NCBI GenBank assembly: GCA_965206595.1
Contig: OZ242214.1
Location: forward strand, 2,816,001-2,880,000
Length of the DNA stretch: 64,000 bases
Reading direction: 5' to 3'
Source: Candidatus Latescibacterota bacterium
GTDB lineage: Bacteria; Latescibacterota; UBA2968; UBA8231
Shown here: positions 1 through 9,376 of the stretch, piece after piece
Layout of the letters: each line of letters begins with the position of its first letter
Position numbering within the stretch: position 1 is the first letter of the stretch
Made by a program: the position numbers and the translations under genes
Notes under the pieces: generated by a model
Databases searched by the model: none
What the model was told of the DNA's origin: nothing
What the model saw: the letters and a program-made list of their open reading frames with translations, nothing else

Positions 1-1384
1 AGGACCACCGATTTTTGCTACAAAAATCCGCGGCGGCTTTTTGATCTCTATTTTCGGTCGCAAGCACTTCTGGTAATTGAACGAGTATGAACCGTCTACA
101 ACCTTCGTCTAAGGAATTCTGAAGCCAAGTTGCATGGCCTGTGGTCCCTGAACCTGCAAAGAAATCCACAATTATATCTTCAGGCCCAGTAGCCTGCTCA
201 ATAATTCTTCGAATTAGTGATGTGGGCTTCGGAAACGAAAAGACTTCTGCCTGAAATAAATCTCTGATCTCCTGAGTTCCATCTGCGGTGTGCACGTCTT
301 CAATGATGCTCCGAAAGGCAATGAATTCTGCCTGCATGTCCTTTCTAAATTTTTTCTCACGCGGACGACCATTTTCTTTCTTGGGAAACAAAATGCAATC
401 GCTAGCTATCAACTGCTCCATTTTCTCCCTTGAGTACCTCCAACCCGTAGAAGGACTAGGGGAGAAACTACGGGCAGTTCTTGGTTCGACTATTTTATAG
501 TGTAAATTAGGACGTTGATCACGAGTTGCCAATCCAAGTAGACTCCTACTCATCCAGGGCCCTCGTGGGTCATTGTCAGGATTGGAAAATTTACTTTCAT
601 CTCGGTTTAGCCCTCGAAGAGTGTATCCTGAGTTCTTCGCATACGCGAGCATATATTCGTGATCCGTAGAGATATTGGTAACCGCTCGTGCGTCCGTGAA
701 CTGCCGTGATTTCCAGACGAACTGAGCAATAAAATTCTCCGCCCCAAATAGCTCGTCGAGAAGCGCACGGAGGTTATTGACTTCTGTATCGTCACAGGAA
801 ACGAAAAGAGCGCCTTGATCACTTAGCAAGTTACGACCCACACGGAGCCGCGGATACATCATGTTCAACCAGTCTGTGTGGAACCGCCCCGAGGCATCCG
901 TATTCGACGACAACTTCCGGCTCTCCCCATCCGTCTGTCCCGTCAGTTGCAGATAATTCTGGATGTTGTCCCGGTAGTCGTCGGGATAGACGAAGTCCTT
1001 CCCGGTGTTGTACGGCGGGTCGATGTAAATCAGCTTCACCCTTCCGGAGTAGCTCTTCTGCAACAGCTTGAGCACCTCCAGGTTGTCGCCATCGAGCATC
1101 AGGTTCTGCGTCGTATTCCAATCGACGCTCTCCTCTGGGCAGGGACGCAGGGTGCCGGTCGATGGAGTCAGGGCGAGCTGCCGCGCCCTCCGCTTGCCGT
1201 GCCAGTTGAGGCCGTACTTCTCCTCGCGCTCTTCCACTGCACCCCCGAGAAGCTGCTTGAGCACCTCGAAATCGACCTTGCCTTCCGTGAACGCCTCGGG
1301 AAACAGGGCCTTCAGGTGCTCGATGTTTTCGGCGACAACACCGGCCGAGTCAGTCTTGGAGTCGTTTGCGGTGATCTTTTTCAC
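1..1384 (-). CDS. mod: Type III restriction-modification methyltransferase (Mod), 3' end runs off the window
   Basis: Absent from the ORF track; translated by hand from GTG at 1384: KKITANDSKT...GDNLEVLKLLQKSY...IYIDPPYNTG (motif IV), HTDWLNMMYPRL, NPDNDPRGPW, FSFPKP, DFFAGSGTT (motif I), RRFILVQLPE. Confidence 0.92.
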   Translation of the reverse strand, partial: MKKITANDSKTDSAGVVAENIEHLKALFPEAFTEGKVDFEVLKQLLGGAVEEREEKYGLNWHGKRRARQLALTPSTGTLRPCPEESVDWNTTQNLMLDGDNLEVLKLLQKSYSGRVKLIYIDPPYNTGKDFVYPDDYRDNIQNYLQLTGQTDGESRKLSSNTDASGRFHTDWLNMMYPRLRVGRNLLSDQGALFVSCDDTEVNNLRALLDELFGAENFIAQFVWKSRQFTDARAVTNISTDHEYMLAYAKNSGYTLRGLNRDESKFSNPDNDPRGPWMSRSLLGLATRDQRPNLHYKIVEPRTARSFSPSPSTGWRYSREKMEQLIASDCILFPKKENGRPREKKFRKDMQAEFIAFRSIIEDVHTADGTQEIRDLFQAEVFSFPKPTSLIRRIIEQATGPEDIIVDFFAGSGTTGHATWLQNSLDEGCRRFILVQLPEVLATENRDQKAAADFCSKNRWS

Positions 1385-1494
1385 TTTTCTTCGGTTCACA
1401 ATCTCGCGCGCCTAGGCAGCGACCATCTACCCGACCTGAAGTCGACTGGGCCGAACCGGGCAACGAGCGGGCGGGACCACGCTCGCACATTCGG

Positions 1495-2046
1495 CTATTT
1501 GGCCATCACCTGCGCCCGAATGAGCCGGAACAATTCCGCTTGGTACTCAGCATCACGCAGGGCGGTGTGATTCGGCTGCCGCCGCGGTTGTAATGCGGCA
1601 GCCATGCGGCTCGACCGAGTATCGGCCCATTGACAAGCTGTCGCACCCATGTAATAGGCTTTGATGTCTAGCCCAGAAAAGCCAAACGGATTCTCTCCAA
1701 TAAACCTGTGAAAATAATAGTTCACAAAGGACCAATCGAAAGGTGCATTGAAGCCAACGAAGACCAGGCTCTCGTCCACGCTTACCAGTCCTTTCAGCCA
1801 ATCGGCAAACTGCTTCATTCCCTCTTCCGGAGCCAAGCCTGTTCGTTCCAATGCTTCCAAGGATAGCCCCGATACCTTCAAGGCCATCGGATCCGCGTTG
1901 CGGTTGATCGGTTTGAGCTCGCAGGCGAATGTCAGGCTTTCGTCGTCAACGGCACAGGCACCAATTGACAGCAGGCTGAATTCCCCAGGAATCGGCCCTG
2001 CCGTTTCGACGTCGACAGAAACGAAAATCTCGCGTTCTTCGCTCAT
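1495..2046 (-). CDS. DEDDh 3'-5' exonuclease, CBASS-associated (Cap18-like)
   Basis: SVDVETAGP, GFNAPFDW and HTALRDA motifs; 4-bp overlap with the effector gene. Confidence 0.85.
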   Translation of the reverse strand: MSEEREIFVSVDVETAGPIPGEFSLLSIGACAVDDESLTFACELKPINRNADPMALKVSGLSLEALERTGLAPEEGMKQFADWLKGLVSVDESLVFVGFNAPFDWSFVNYYFHRFIGENPFGFSGLDIKAYYMGATACQWADTRSSRMAAALQPRRQPNHTALRDAEYQAELFRLIRAQVMAK

Positions 2047-3209
2047 GGAATCAGAGGGTCCACTGGCACGAGAGAGGGGCGGTTTTGGATTGTGGTCCAG
2101 TGCGCCCGGAAGGCTTTTTTCCGTTTCTTGATCTTTCCATCTGTCTTCCAGTGCAGCGCCGCATAGCTGGCAATGTCAAATGGATGTCGGTTGCCTTTCT
2201 TGACCATGAGCATCGTTGGCAATCCGCGTCCGAGGGCATAGCCCAGTTCTATAAGGCAATTGGGGCGCATCCCGGTGATATCAGCCAGTACGAAGCGGCT
2301 GCGATGGAGCTTCTCGAAAATCTCTTGGTCAATGCGAGGGTGCTTGTACGGCTGAGAACCGTCGATTACTATCAGCTTGTAGCCGAATTCGTCCTCAATA
2401 ACCGGACAAACTATCTCGTGGAAGAAGGTTTCGACATCATCGTAGTCTTCACACTCGGGATCAAGCAACCGTACGGCGAAAGCCGGAGGCTTTTCCAGCC
2501 TTTCAAGAAGATCAATGATCGTGCTTACTCGCTCGCTGATCGGCTTACGCGAAGTGAAGTTGATGCAGTTGATCCAGGTATGAGCATTGTGGTGAATAGT
2601 CTGAAACAACCGTTGTGCTTGTGTACTGTCTAAACCAGAGGAAAACAGACGAAGCGCACCAGTATCGGGCGGTGTTATGCGGGCATTCAGCGGCACTACA
2701 GGCTTGCCGGCATCATGGTACAAATTGGCGAGAAACAGGACTCCGTCCGAGCCCCCGAGCGCGATGAGGATGTCGCCCTGCCGAGCTTGAGCTTCCATCC
2801 GCTTGCTGTTCATGTTCCAGTGGGAGACGTTTTCGATATGGACGAGATCAGACGCCCGCAGGTCATCCCAGAGTTGCTCGAACTCCGGCGGGATTTGCTC
2901 TTCATTCTTGTGATGCTGAACGGCGATGGCGAGCGGATTAGGTGCGCCAGAGGGTCGGCGAGCGAGGTTGTGGTAAAGCGTCTTCCAGATCAGCCAGTCG
3001 AAGCAAATCGGAAGGTTGTCGCCTTCCCGAAGCTTTTCGGCATCGACAGGCACAACAAAAGTCGCACCTCGTTCGATGAGAGCAATAACCAGTCCTTTCA
3101 CCAATTTACGTGCAGCCTGGACTTCGTCGGGGGTCGCCACTCCGGTGTCGCACGAGATGCTGCCCGCAATATGGATTCGGCGTCCGAATAACGACGACCT
3201 ATCCATCAC
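2043..3209 (-). CDS. CBASS effector: N-terminal SLOG (TPALS-like) domain plus C-terminal nucleoside-deoxyribosyltransferase/TIR-like domain
   Basis: RIHIAGS and LIALGGSDGV SLOG-like glycine loops; C-terminal FVLADITGMRPNCLIELGYA...PFDI is NDT/TIR-like; coupled to the Cap6 stop. Confidence 0.75.
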   Translation of the reverse strand: MMDRSSLFGRRIHIAGSISCDTGVATPDEVQAARKLVKGLVIALIERGATFVVPVDAEKLREGDNLPICFDWLIWKTLYHNLARRPSGAPNPLAIAVQHHKNEEQIPPEFEQLWDDLRASDLVHIENVSHWNMNSKRMEAQARQGDILIALGGSDGVLFLANLYHDAGKPVVPLNARITPPDTGALRLFSSGLDSTQAQRLFQTIHHNAHTWINCINFTSRKPISERVSTIIDLLERLEKPPAFAVRLLDPECEDYDDVETFFHEIVCPVIEDEFGYKLIVIDGSQPYKHPRIDQEIFEKLHRSRFVLADITGMRPNCLIELGYALGRGLPTMLMVKKGNRHPFDIASYAALHWKTDGKIKKRKKAFRAHWTTIQNRPSLVPVDPLIP

Positions 3210-4105
3210 AGGCCTTCCATAACAGGTGACGGCTTAATTTCCGCAGCAACCGTTTGGAGATCGTCGAAACAAAGCGGACGATCTGGGAACGCCGACGCCA
3301 AGGCTTTTGGATAAAGTCGTGTCCGGATGTCCGAATAGGTCCAGATTGGTTGGGCATTTCCACGACAATCTGTGGCTTTAACCAGGTCGTCGAGCTGGGC
3401 TTCGGTCAGTGAGAGTGCCGCAAGATCCATTTCGAAAAGTTCCCGACGTTCTTCCTCTGACGGACGGGTGAACTCCTCGATGACCGAGGCACGTCGCTGA
3501 AGGGCGGGGTCGAGCGCCAGGACACGATTCGTGCAGAGGATGACAACAACTCGGCCGCCAAAGCGACGTAGATCGTCAACCCTCTGAATCAACGTGTTCA
3601 CAGCGACCTTGTCCTCGTGGTGGCTATGATCCTGCGACCGAGCCGAGGCGAGCGAGTCTCCTTCGTCAAGGATAAGAATGGCCCGACGACCTTTGCCTGC
3701 CGACTTGGCCACTTGTTCAAACGCTTCGATGAGCAGTGTTCCCATCTCTCCGACCTTGCCGGACCCACGGACCCGGTTGCCGAGCTTGAAGAGGACAGAA
3801 TCTTCTGTTTTACTCTCTGAAATCAGACGGTTTGCAATACACTCGGCCATCACGGTTTTACCAGTTCCGACGTCTCCGTGAAAGATCACGAGCGGATGCT
3901 GTTCAGCGACAAGATCGCACACGGCAAGCTGCCCCCCGTGGTGCTCTTGGTTCCACTCGGCGAGTTCGCGGTGATTCAACAGTAACCGCAGTTGGTTACG
4001 GACCCGGTTGTAGCGAACCTCGAAACCAAGCAGTGTCTTTTCCTGGGCCGCAAGGTTGGAGTCGGGCATGACCATTTCGCTCTCGAAGATATCAGCCTTG
4101 TTCAC
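3206..4105 (-). CDS. cap6: TRIP13/Pch2-like AAA+ ATPase (CBASS Cap6)
   Basis: Walker A GDVGTGKT, Walker B LILDEGD, HHEDKVAVNTLIQ, LDPALQRR; GTG start at 4105 overlaps the HORMA TGA (GTGA). Confidence 0.9.
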   Translation of the reverse strand: MNKADIFESEMVMPDSNLAAQEKTLLGFEVRYNRVRNQLRLLLNHRELAEWNQEHHGGQLAVCDLVAEQHPLVIFHGDVGTGKTVMAECIANRLISESKTEDSVLFKLGNRVRGSGKVGEMGTLLIEAFEQVAKSAGKGRRAILILDEGDSLASARSQDHSHHEDKVAVNTLIQRVDDLRRFGGRVVVILCTNRVLALDPALQRRASVIEEFTRPSEEERRELFEMDLAALSLTEAQLDDLVKATDCRGNAQPIWTYSDIRTRLYPKALASAFPDRPLCFDDLQTVAAEIKPSPVMEGL

Positions 4106-4596
4106 GAGGTGAAATCCTTTCGCTGCATTCCCCACCCATTGCTCGCGTAAGTACGCCCGCCTGACTGGATGAGGCTGAAATGGCTGGTATCGGCACTTGT
4201 CGGTACCCATTTGCATTTGAGACTGCTCTCCATCTCCACTCTAGCAGTTGCGTCATAGTCGTCAGTGTAGCTCAATATGATTCGGAAGTCGGGATTTTCA
4301 ACGCGAGGCCACAAAACCCCGCCCGGACGGTACATCTCTAGGTCCCTTTCAGAGGTGTTGACGACATATTGCACGGCTTTAATCTCGGTTGATCCGCAGA
4401 AAAGCGTGAGGTCCACCATTTTCAAATACCCCTTCTTAGCCAGCACCTCGACGTCATGAGCGTAGTTGAGGGCCATGTACTCAGTGATGGCCCCGGAACT
4501 CTGGGCGATCATCACGAGGTCGGCAGTAAAGCGCCGCACGACCGTTTCGATGTCGGAGATTGTGTAGGAATAGGTCCCTGTTGCCGTATAGGTCAT
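4102..4596 (-). CDS. cap7: Bacterial HORMA protein (CBASS Cap7)
   Basis: MTYTATGTYSYTISDIETV N-terminus, RPGGVLWP, C-terminal YASNGWGMQRKDF; lies between CD-NTase and TRIP13. Confidence 0.88.
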   Translation of the reverse strand: MTYTATGTYSYTISDIETVVRRFTADLVMIAQSSGAITEYMALNYAHDVEVLAKKGYLKMVDLTLFCGSTEIKAVQYVVNTSERDLEMYRPGGVLWPRVENPDFRIILSYTDDYDATARVEMESSLKCKWVPTSADTSHFSLIQSGGRTYASNGWGMQRKDFTS

Positions 4597-4600
4597 TTTT

Positions 4601-5545
4601 TTACTCCTCGATTTTGAAGTTGGGTCCGAAAAGTTCCTTCCAAACTTCGTTGTCATTCTCGACGGACGCGAAATTTGCGGTCTCCCAAGCTTCTGATGCG
4701 GCGTTGACGATCTGCTGGCGCTCCGACTCCGTGATACGGGCTGCGACATTGTTGTCGCTCTGAACCGGGTCGATTATCACGACCGGATCGCCGAAGCAGC
4801 CGAGAGGCTCGGTGTTCTCAGGGAACTGGATGACTTCCTTCAGTTTCGACTGGGCAATGTAGAGCAAGAAGCGCCGAAAACGCTGTTCAATTGATCCCTC
4901 CGACCCCTCCTGATCTAGGAGGTGAGCCGTGATGAGTTCGATAGTGAACGATTTGAGCGGTTTGAGTTCGGCGTGGTTGCGCCATTTCTTGGCGAGACGG
5001 ACCAGCGTCCTGAAATGCTTGTCCTTGTCCTTTCGGTTCTGAACGAACTGAATCTGGCAGGGCGCGCACGTCTGCACCGTGGAGCCGTCCTCCAAGACGA
5101 ATTGCCAGCCGTAGTCGGGGCGGTCTTCGTCCTGGATCACTGGGACGACGTCGACATTGAGTCCGCTGCCGACGAATGAAACGGTGGTCGCCTTCCGCTG
5201 GATTTCAAAGTCACCCACATCCTTGTTGGGGTAGATCCTGATCAGCAGTTCGTGGATTGAGTTGTTCAGACTTTCCAAGGTTTCCTGATCGACACTCCTC
5301 TCGGCGATATAGAAGACGATATCTACGTCAACCGGATCCTCGGATGTTTTCCGAAGAATGGTGAACTTGGCAAAGGATCCTGCCTTCACAGTCTTCGTAA
5401 TCTTGATTTCGAGTTCATCTTGAAGATCCTCGCTGAGTTTCTCAATGAGAAAGTCGACCTGCTGGTGGTACTCCTTCCGCTTGTCGTCCGGAAGGCGAAG
5501 AACGTTGCTGTCATAGTAGATGAACTGGGAGTCGTTCAGCGGCAT
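4601..5545 (-). CDS. cdnC: CD-NTase (cGAS/DncV-like cyclic oligonucleotide synthase, CdnC-like)
   Basis: AGSFAKFT...DVDIV and NVDVVPV nucleotidyltransferase motifs, LVRLAKKWR, LKSFTIEL, IIDPVQSDNNV; first gene of a HORMA/TRIP13 operon. Confidence 0.9.
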   Translation of the reverse strand: MPLNDSQFIYYDSNVLRLPDDKRKEYHQQVDFLIEKLSEDLQDELEIKITKTVKAGSFAKFTILRKTSEDPVDVDIVFYIAERSVDQETLESLNNSIHELLIRIYPNKDVGDFEIQRKATTVSFVGSGLNVDVVPVIQDEDRPDYGWQFVLEDGSTVQTCAPCQIQFVQNRKDKDKHFRTLVRLAKKWRNHAELKPLKSFTIELITAHLLDQEGSEGSIEQRFRRFLLYIAQSKLKEVIQFPENTEPLGCFGDPVVIIDPVQSDNNVAARITESERQQIVNAASEAWETANFASVENDNEVWKELFGPNFKIEE

Positions 5546-5787
5546 GAATGTCCTCCTTGAGATGACTTTATCATACAGTAACGCGCACTGCCGATGGGGG
5601 GCTTGATCACCGGATTGGTTTCCATCTCCCGAATAATGTGGCTAAGCCACCCTTACTCGAGGTATTCGAAGCGGAGATCGTTTTCATCGGTGAATTCCAT
5701 TTCAGAGTTCGGCCCATCGTCCAAAGGCCCGTGGAGAAAGCATCACATTGACGAAACTAGGAGAAATGGTTATCTTGTCAAGAGCCG

Positions 5788-6921
5788 ATGGCTGGAAAAA
5801 ATCACATTGCCGCAAACATCGCCCGGCTCCGACTGGACCGGCAGTTGACCCAGGAGGAACTCGCCCAAAAGGCGGAACTCTCCCGGATAGCTCTTGGTAA
5901 GATCGAGCGAGGCACCGTCGTCCCGCGTGCCCGTACACTCACCGCTCTCGGGAAAGCACTGCAGGTTCCGCTGGGCGATCTGGTGACTCCTGTCCGACCT
6001 CTCGAGACCGTGCGCTTCCGGGCCCAGGCGCGGGTTCTTGGCCGGGCTCAGATCTTGGCCGAGGTGGCCAAATGGCTCGACGCCTACACTCAAGTCGAAG
6101 CCGATCTCGGGGAGTCGTGCCCCTTTCGGTTCGAAACTGTTCCCACTCGCCCCGGGAACCCGGTGAAAACCGCAGAAGCCGCGCGCAAAGCCATACGGTT
6201 CGCCCCCAAGGAACCGGTTCGCGACATCTGCGGGCTGCTAGAGGAGAACGGGGTGAAGCTCCTGCTCCTCGGTAAAAAGAGCGACTCCTTCTTCGGACTG
6301 AGCGTCGCCGCGGGAGACGGCGGCCCTGCAGTTGTGGTCAACACCTGGGATCGGATTTCGGTGGAGCGCTGGATCTTTACCGCGGTACATGAGCTCGGTC
6401 ACCTTTTACTTCATCCGACTGAATACCAAAGCGACGCAACCGAACCCTCGGTGAGGACAGAGCGCGAGGCCGACATTTTTGCCAGCCACTTCCTGATGCC
6501 GGAAGGCGCGTTCACCCCGGAGTGGGACGAAACGCGGGGGCTCCCGCTTCTCGTCCGGGTCCTCAAGGTCAAGCGTATCTTTCGAGTGAGTTACAAAACC
6601 GTGCTCTACCGGCTGGTCGAATCCGGTCGGGAAACCTCGATTATCTGGCGTGCATTCCAGCGACAGCACCTCCAACGTTTCGGCAGGACCCTGCGAAAAA
6701 CCCAGGAACCCGAGGCTCTTGAGAAAAGCGAGTTCGCCTGGAACTGGAGCCGCTCCGGCGAACCCGAGGGTCTCTCCAGGCACGACTTTGTGGAGAATCG
6801 CCTCTCAAGGCTCGTGCGACAGGGGCTCGAGCAGGGGCACCTCTCCATCGGACGTGCCGCCGAGATTCTTAGGCTGTCCCGTGAAGAGATGAGGAGTCAG
6901 GTGCGTGAGTGGGCGGGGTAG
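5788..6921 (+). CDS. XRE-family HTH fused to ImmA/IrrE (M78) metallopeptidase
   Basis: N-terminal LTQEELAQKAELSRIALGKIERG helix-turn-helix; RWIFTAVHELGH zinc motif; EREADIFASHFLMP. Confidence 0.88.
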   Translation: MAGKNHIAANIARLRLDRQLTQEELAQKAELSRIALGKIERGTVVPRARTLTALGKALQVPLGDLVTPVRPLETVRFRAQARVLGRAQILAEVAKWLDAYTQVEADLGESCPFRFETVPTRPGNPVKTAEAARKAIRFAPKEPVRDICGLLEENGVKLLLLGKKSDSFFGLSVAAGDGGPAVVVNTWDRISVERWIFTAVHELGHLLLHPTEYQSDATEPSVRTEREADIFASHFLMPEGAFTPEWDETRGLPLLVRVLKVKRIFRVSYKTVLYRLVESGRETSIIWRAFQRQHLQRFGRTLRKTQEPEALEKSEFAWNWSRSGEPEGLSRHDFVENRLSRLVRQGLEQGHLSIGRAAEILRLSREEMRSQVREWAG

Positions 6922-6927
6922 ATCGCC

Positions 6928-7431
6928 ATGGTCCCGACGGTGCTTCTCGCCGATGCAGATGTGCTCATCGACTACCGCGACTCGGCGTTGGAAATCCTCG
7001 AACTCGTGGTGCAGCACATTGGGCGAGTGGTCGTTCTGGCACCCGTGCTCGATGAGGTGCAGGGCTTAGCCCGGGCGAAATGCGCACAACTCGGCCTTGA
7101 GGTTGTCGCAGTCGAGAAAGAACGGTTGGTGCAGGCTTCAGAGGTCGAGTCACGCGTTTCCTTCAACGATCGCCTCTGCCTGGTCGCGTGTCGCGAGGAA
7201 GGCTGGACTTGCGTCACAAACGACCGGGCGCTCCGCCGGCTCTGTGAAAGCCACGGCGTGGCGACGCGATTCGGCCTCAGCCTCATGGTAGACTTGGTGA
7301 CTGCCCGTGTCCTTACACGACGGCGTGCCTTGGCTGTCGCACGCCAGATCCAGAAGTCGAATCCGCTCCACATCAACGAGTCTGTACTTACACGCTTCAA
7401 AGCCGCGCTCACCGCTGGAGCTTCATCCTGA
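6928..7431 (+). CDS. PIN-domain protein
   Basis: LLADADVLID N-terminal motif, VLDEV, SFND and VTNDRALR; directly follows the HTH-peptidase gene. Confidence 0.75.
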   Translation: MVPTVLLADADVLIDYRDSALEILELVVQHIGRVVVLAPVLDEVQGLARAKCAQLGLEVVAVEKERLVQASEVESRVSFNDRLCLVACREEGWTCVTNDRALRRLCESHGVATRFGLSLMVDLVTARVLTRRRALAVARQIQKSNPLHINESVLTRFKAALTAGASS

Positions 7432-7571
7432 TCTTCTTGCATAGCCTGCCCATGCTCTCCATGGTGATGGCTTTTCCAGCACCGGCACATCGGCCGCCAT
7501 ACCAGTAGTTTTCAACAAACGCGCACGCAGTCGCCCAGCTTGCAGAGACTCCCTGGTGACTGCTGCGGCCG

Positions 7572-8885
7572 TTACAAATACCCAGCCAACAACCACTCAG
7601 CCGCCGGCAGCGCCTCCACCCCGGCCGGCAACTCCTCTGGAATGCCGTCCCGGATCAGGGTGATCAGCCGCTTGCCGGCGCGGGGAAACTGCTCCCCCGC
7701 CGCGGCCAGGGCGCGCAACTCCCGTTCCGCGGTGGCGGCGTCCGACAGGTCGGCGCAAACCTGGAGAAGCTCCACTCCTCCCTCGGCGTCGCGGGCGAGG
7801 AAATCGACCTCGTAGCCTTCCGGAGTACGCACGTAGGTTACCTGGTAACCACGGCGCTCCAGCTCGAGAAGAACCGCAGTCTCCAGGGCGTTGCCCAGGT
7901 TCGCCCTACCGCTGCGATCGAAAACCGGGATCAGGCCGGGGTCCACCGGGTACGCCTTGCGCGGATTCACCATGCGCTGCCGCTCGGAAACCGACTCCAT
8001 CCACACCAGGCGCACCAGGTAGCTGTCTTCGAGGTAGGCGAGCAGCTGGTGCACCGTGTCCTTGGCGATCAGGATGCCCTGCGACCGCAGCGCCGCGTGA
8101 AATTTCTCCACGCTGAACTTGGACCCGGCGTTTCCCAGCAGGTGGCGCACCAGCCAGCGCAGGCCGGTTACGTTGCGCACCCGGTGGCGCTCCACCACGT
8201 CGCGCAGCATCGCCACGTCGACGTAGTCCTGGTAGAGTCGGTGTCTCGAGGCGGCGTCGAGCCCCTGTGCTTCGGGAAAACCGCCCTCGGCAAGCCAGTC
8301 GAGCAGGGCGCGCTCCAAGCGGGAACGCTCGCGGCTCGTCATAAGGCCCGGATCGGCCGGGACCGGCCGTCCCTGGTGGCGCAGCGCTTCCCCGAAAGCG
8401 AATGGATGAACGAGTACCTGCCACGCGCGTCCGCGCAGCGCCGTGGCGATCTCCCGGGACAGCAGCGCCGCCGCCGACCCGGTTATGAACAGGTCGCCCC
8501 GCCCCTCGTCGAGGAGCCGCCGCACGAACCGTTCCCACTCCGGAACGAGCTGAATCTCGTCGAAGCACCAGGTCACCTTCGCTTCGTGGGCCTGCGGAAA
8601 CCTCCGGTAGTACTCCTCCACCAGCATGCCGAGGTGGCCGGCTTCGATTCCCGCGAGGCGTTCGTCCTCGAAAGAGAGGTACGGCAGCAGTTCCTGGGGC
8701 GTCCCCTGATCGTGGCGCTCCTGGCGAAGCTGATGAAGGAAAGTGGTCTTGCCGGCGCGGCGCACGCCGGTGACGGCGGTGGCTTTGCCGGGAAGCGAGG
8801 TCCTCCCGAACAGGTGGCGGGATGTGAAGGGAGGCAACGGTCGGCGTACGGATTCCGCCAGCTGCTCGACCAAAGCCTGGGGCAT
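7572..8885 (-). CDS. AAA_14/DUF4143-type ATPase (COG1373-like)
   Basis: GVRRAGKT, FDEIQ, ITGS, GGFPE, KAYPVDPGL, GYEVDF. Confidence 0.88.
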   Translation of the reverse strand: MPQALVEQLAESVRRPLPPFTSRHLFGRTSLPGKATAVTGVRRAGKTTFLHQLRQERHDQGTPQELLPYLSFEDERLAGIEAGHLGMLVEEYYRRFPQAHEAKVTWCFDEIQLVPEWERFVRRLLDEGRGDLFITGSAAALLSREIATALRGRAWQVLVHPFAFGEALRHQGRPVPADPGLMTSRERSRLERALLDWLAEGGFPEAQGLDAASRHRLYQDYVDVAMLRDVVERHRVRNVTGLRWLVRHLLGNAGSKFSVEKFHAALRSQGILIAKDTVHQLLAYLEDSYLVRLVWMESVSERQRMVNPRKAYPVDPGLIPVFDRSGRANLGNALETAVLLELERRGYQVTYVRTPEGYEVDFLARDAEGGVELLQVCADLSDAATAERELRALAAAGEQFPRAGKRLITLIRDGIPEELPAGVEALPAAEWLLAGYL

Positions 8886-8897
8886 GGGAGTCAATTC

Positions 8898-8957
8898 AAT
8901 TTCTCCTTATCGAAAGGATAAAATAGGCATTTTTTATCCTTTTAAAAGGGAGAAATT
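8898..8957. promoter_or_regulatory. AT-rich inverted repeat directly upstream of the ATPase start (candidate operator)
   Basis: AATTTCTCCTTATCGAAAGGATAAAA ... TTTTATCCTTTTAAAAGGGAGAAATT; 26-bp arms, 22/26 complementary. Confidence 0.6.
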
Positions 8958-9083
8958 CTGAGAAACTGAGAGGTCCGTAATGCTCGGCATTGGGCGACCA
9001 GGGCAACGGGGGTGCTTCTCTCCAAACAGTTCGGGGCCGTCTCGCTGGCATGAACCAGATTCATGTCGACCGGAACTGGATGC

Positions 9084-9314
9084 TCATTCCCTGGGCAGGG
9101 ACACTTCCCGTTCTTGGACCCGCCACGCCGCGTAGGTCAGGGCCTGATCGATGTCTTCCAGTTCAAGGTAAGGGTAGGAGTTCAGGATTTCTTCGTGCGA
9201 CCGGCCTGTCCCCAATAGACCCACGACGGTTCCCACCGTGACGCCCAGCCCGCGGATGCATGCCTTGCCACCCATGACGGCCGGATCGAGGGTGATTCGC
9301 TGCAGCCCTTCCAC
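9084..9314 (-). CDS. DUF433 family protein (antitoxin-like)
   Basis: RITLDPAVMGGKACIRG...EEILNSYPYLELEDIDQALTYAAW. Confidence 0.88.
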   Translation of the reverse strand: MEGLQRITLDPAVMGGKACIRGLGVTVGTVVGLLGTGRSHEEILNSYPYLELEDIDQALTYAAWRVQEREVSLPRE

Positions 9315-9376
9315 GATCCTCTTTCCTGCTCGGTTATGGAGGGATTGTCCAGGTCACGGAGGTCCGGTAGCCCCGG

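Noticed and set aside
4106-4216. N-terminal extensions in the ORF track for cap6 (and for cap7, serS, the NarL regulator and GH127)
   Set aside because: They overlap upstream genes or lack an RBS; downstream starts with stop-start coupling or an RBS fit better.
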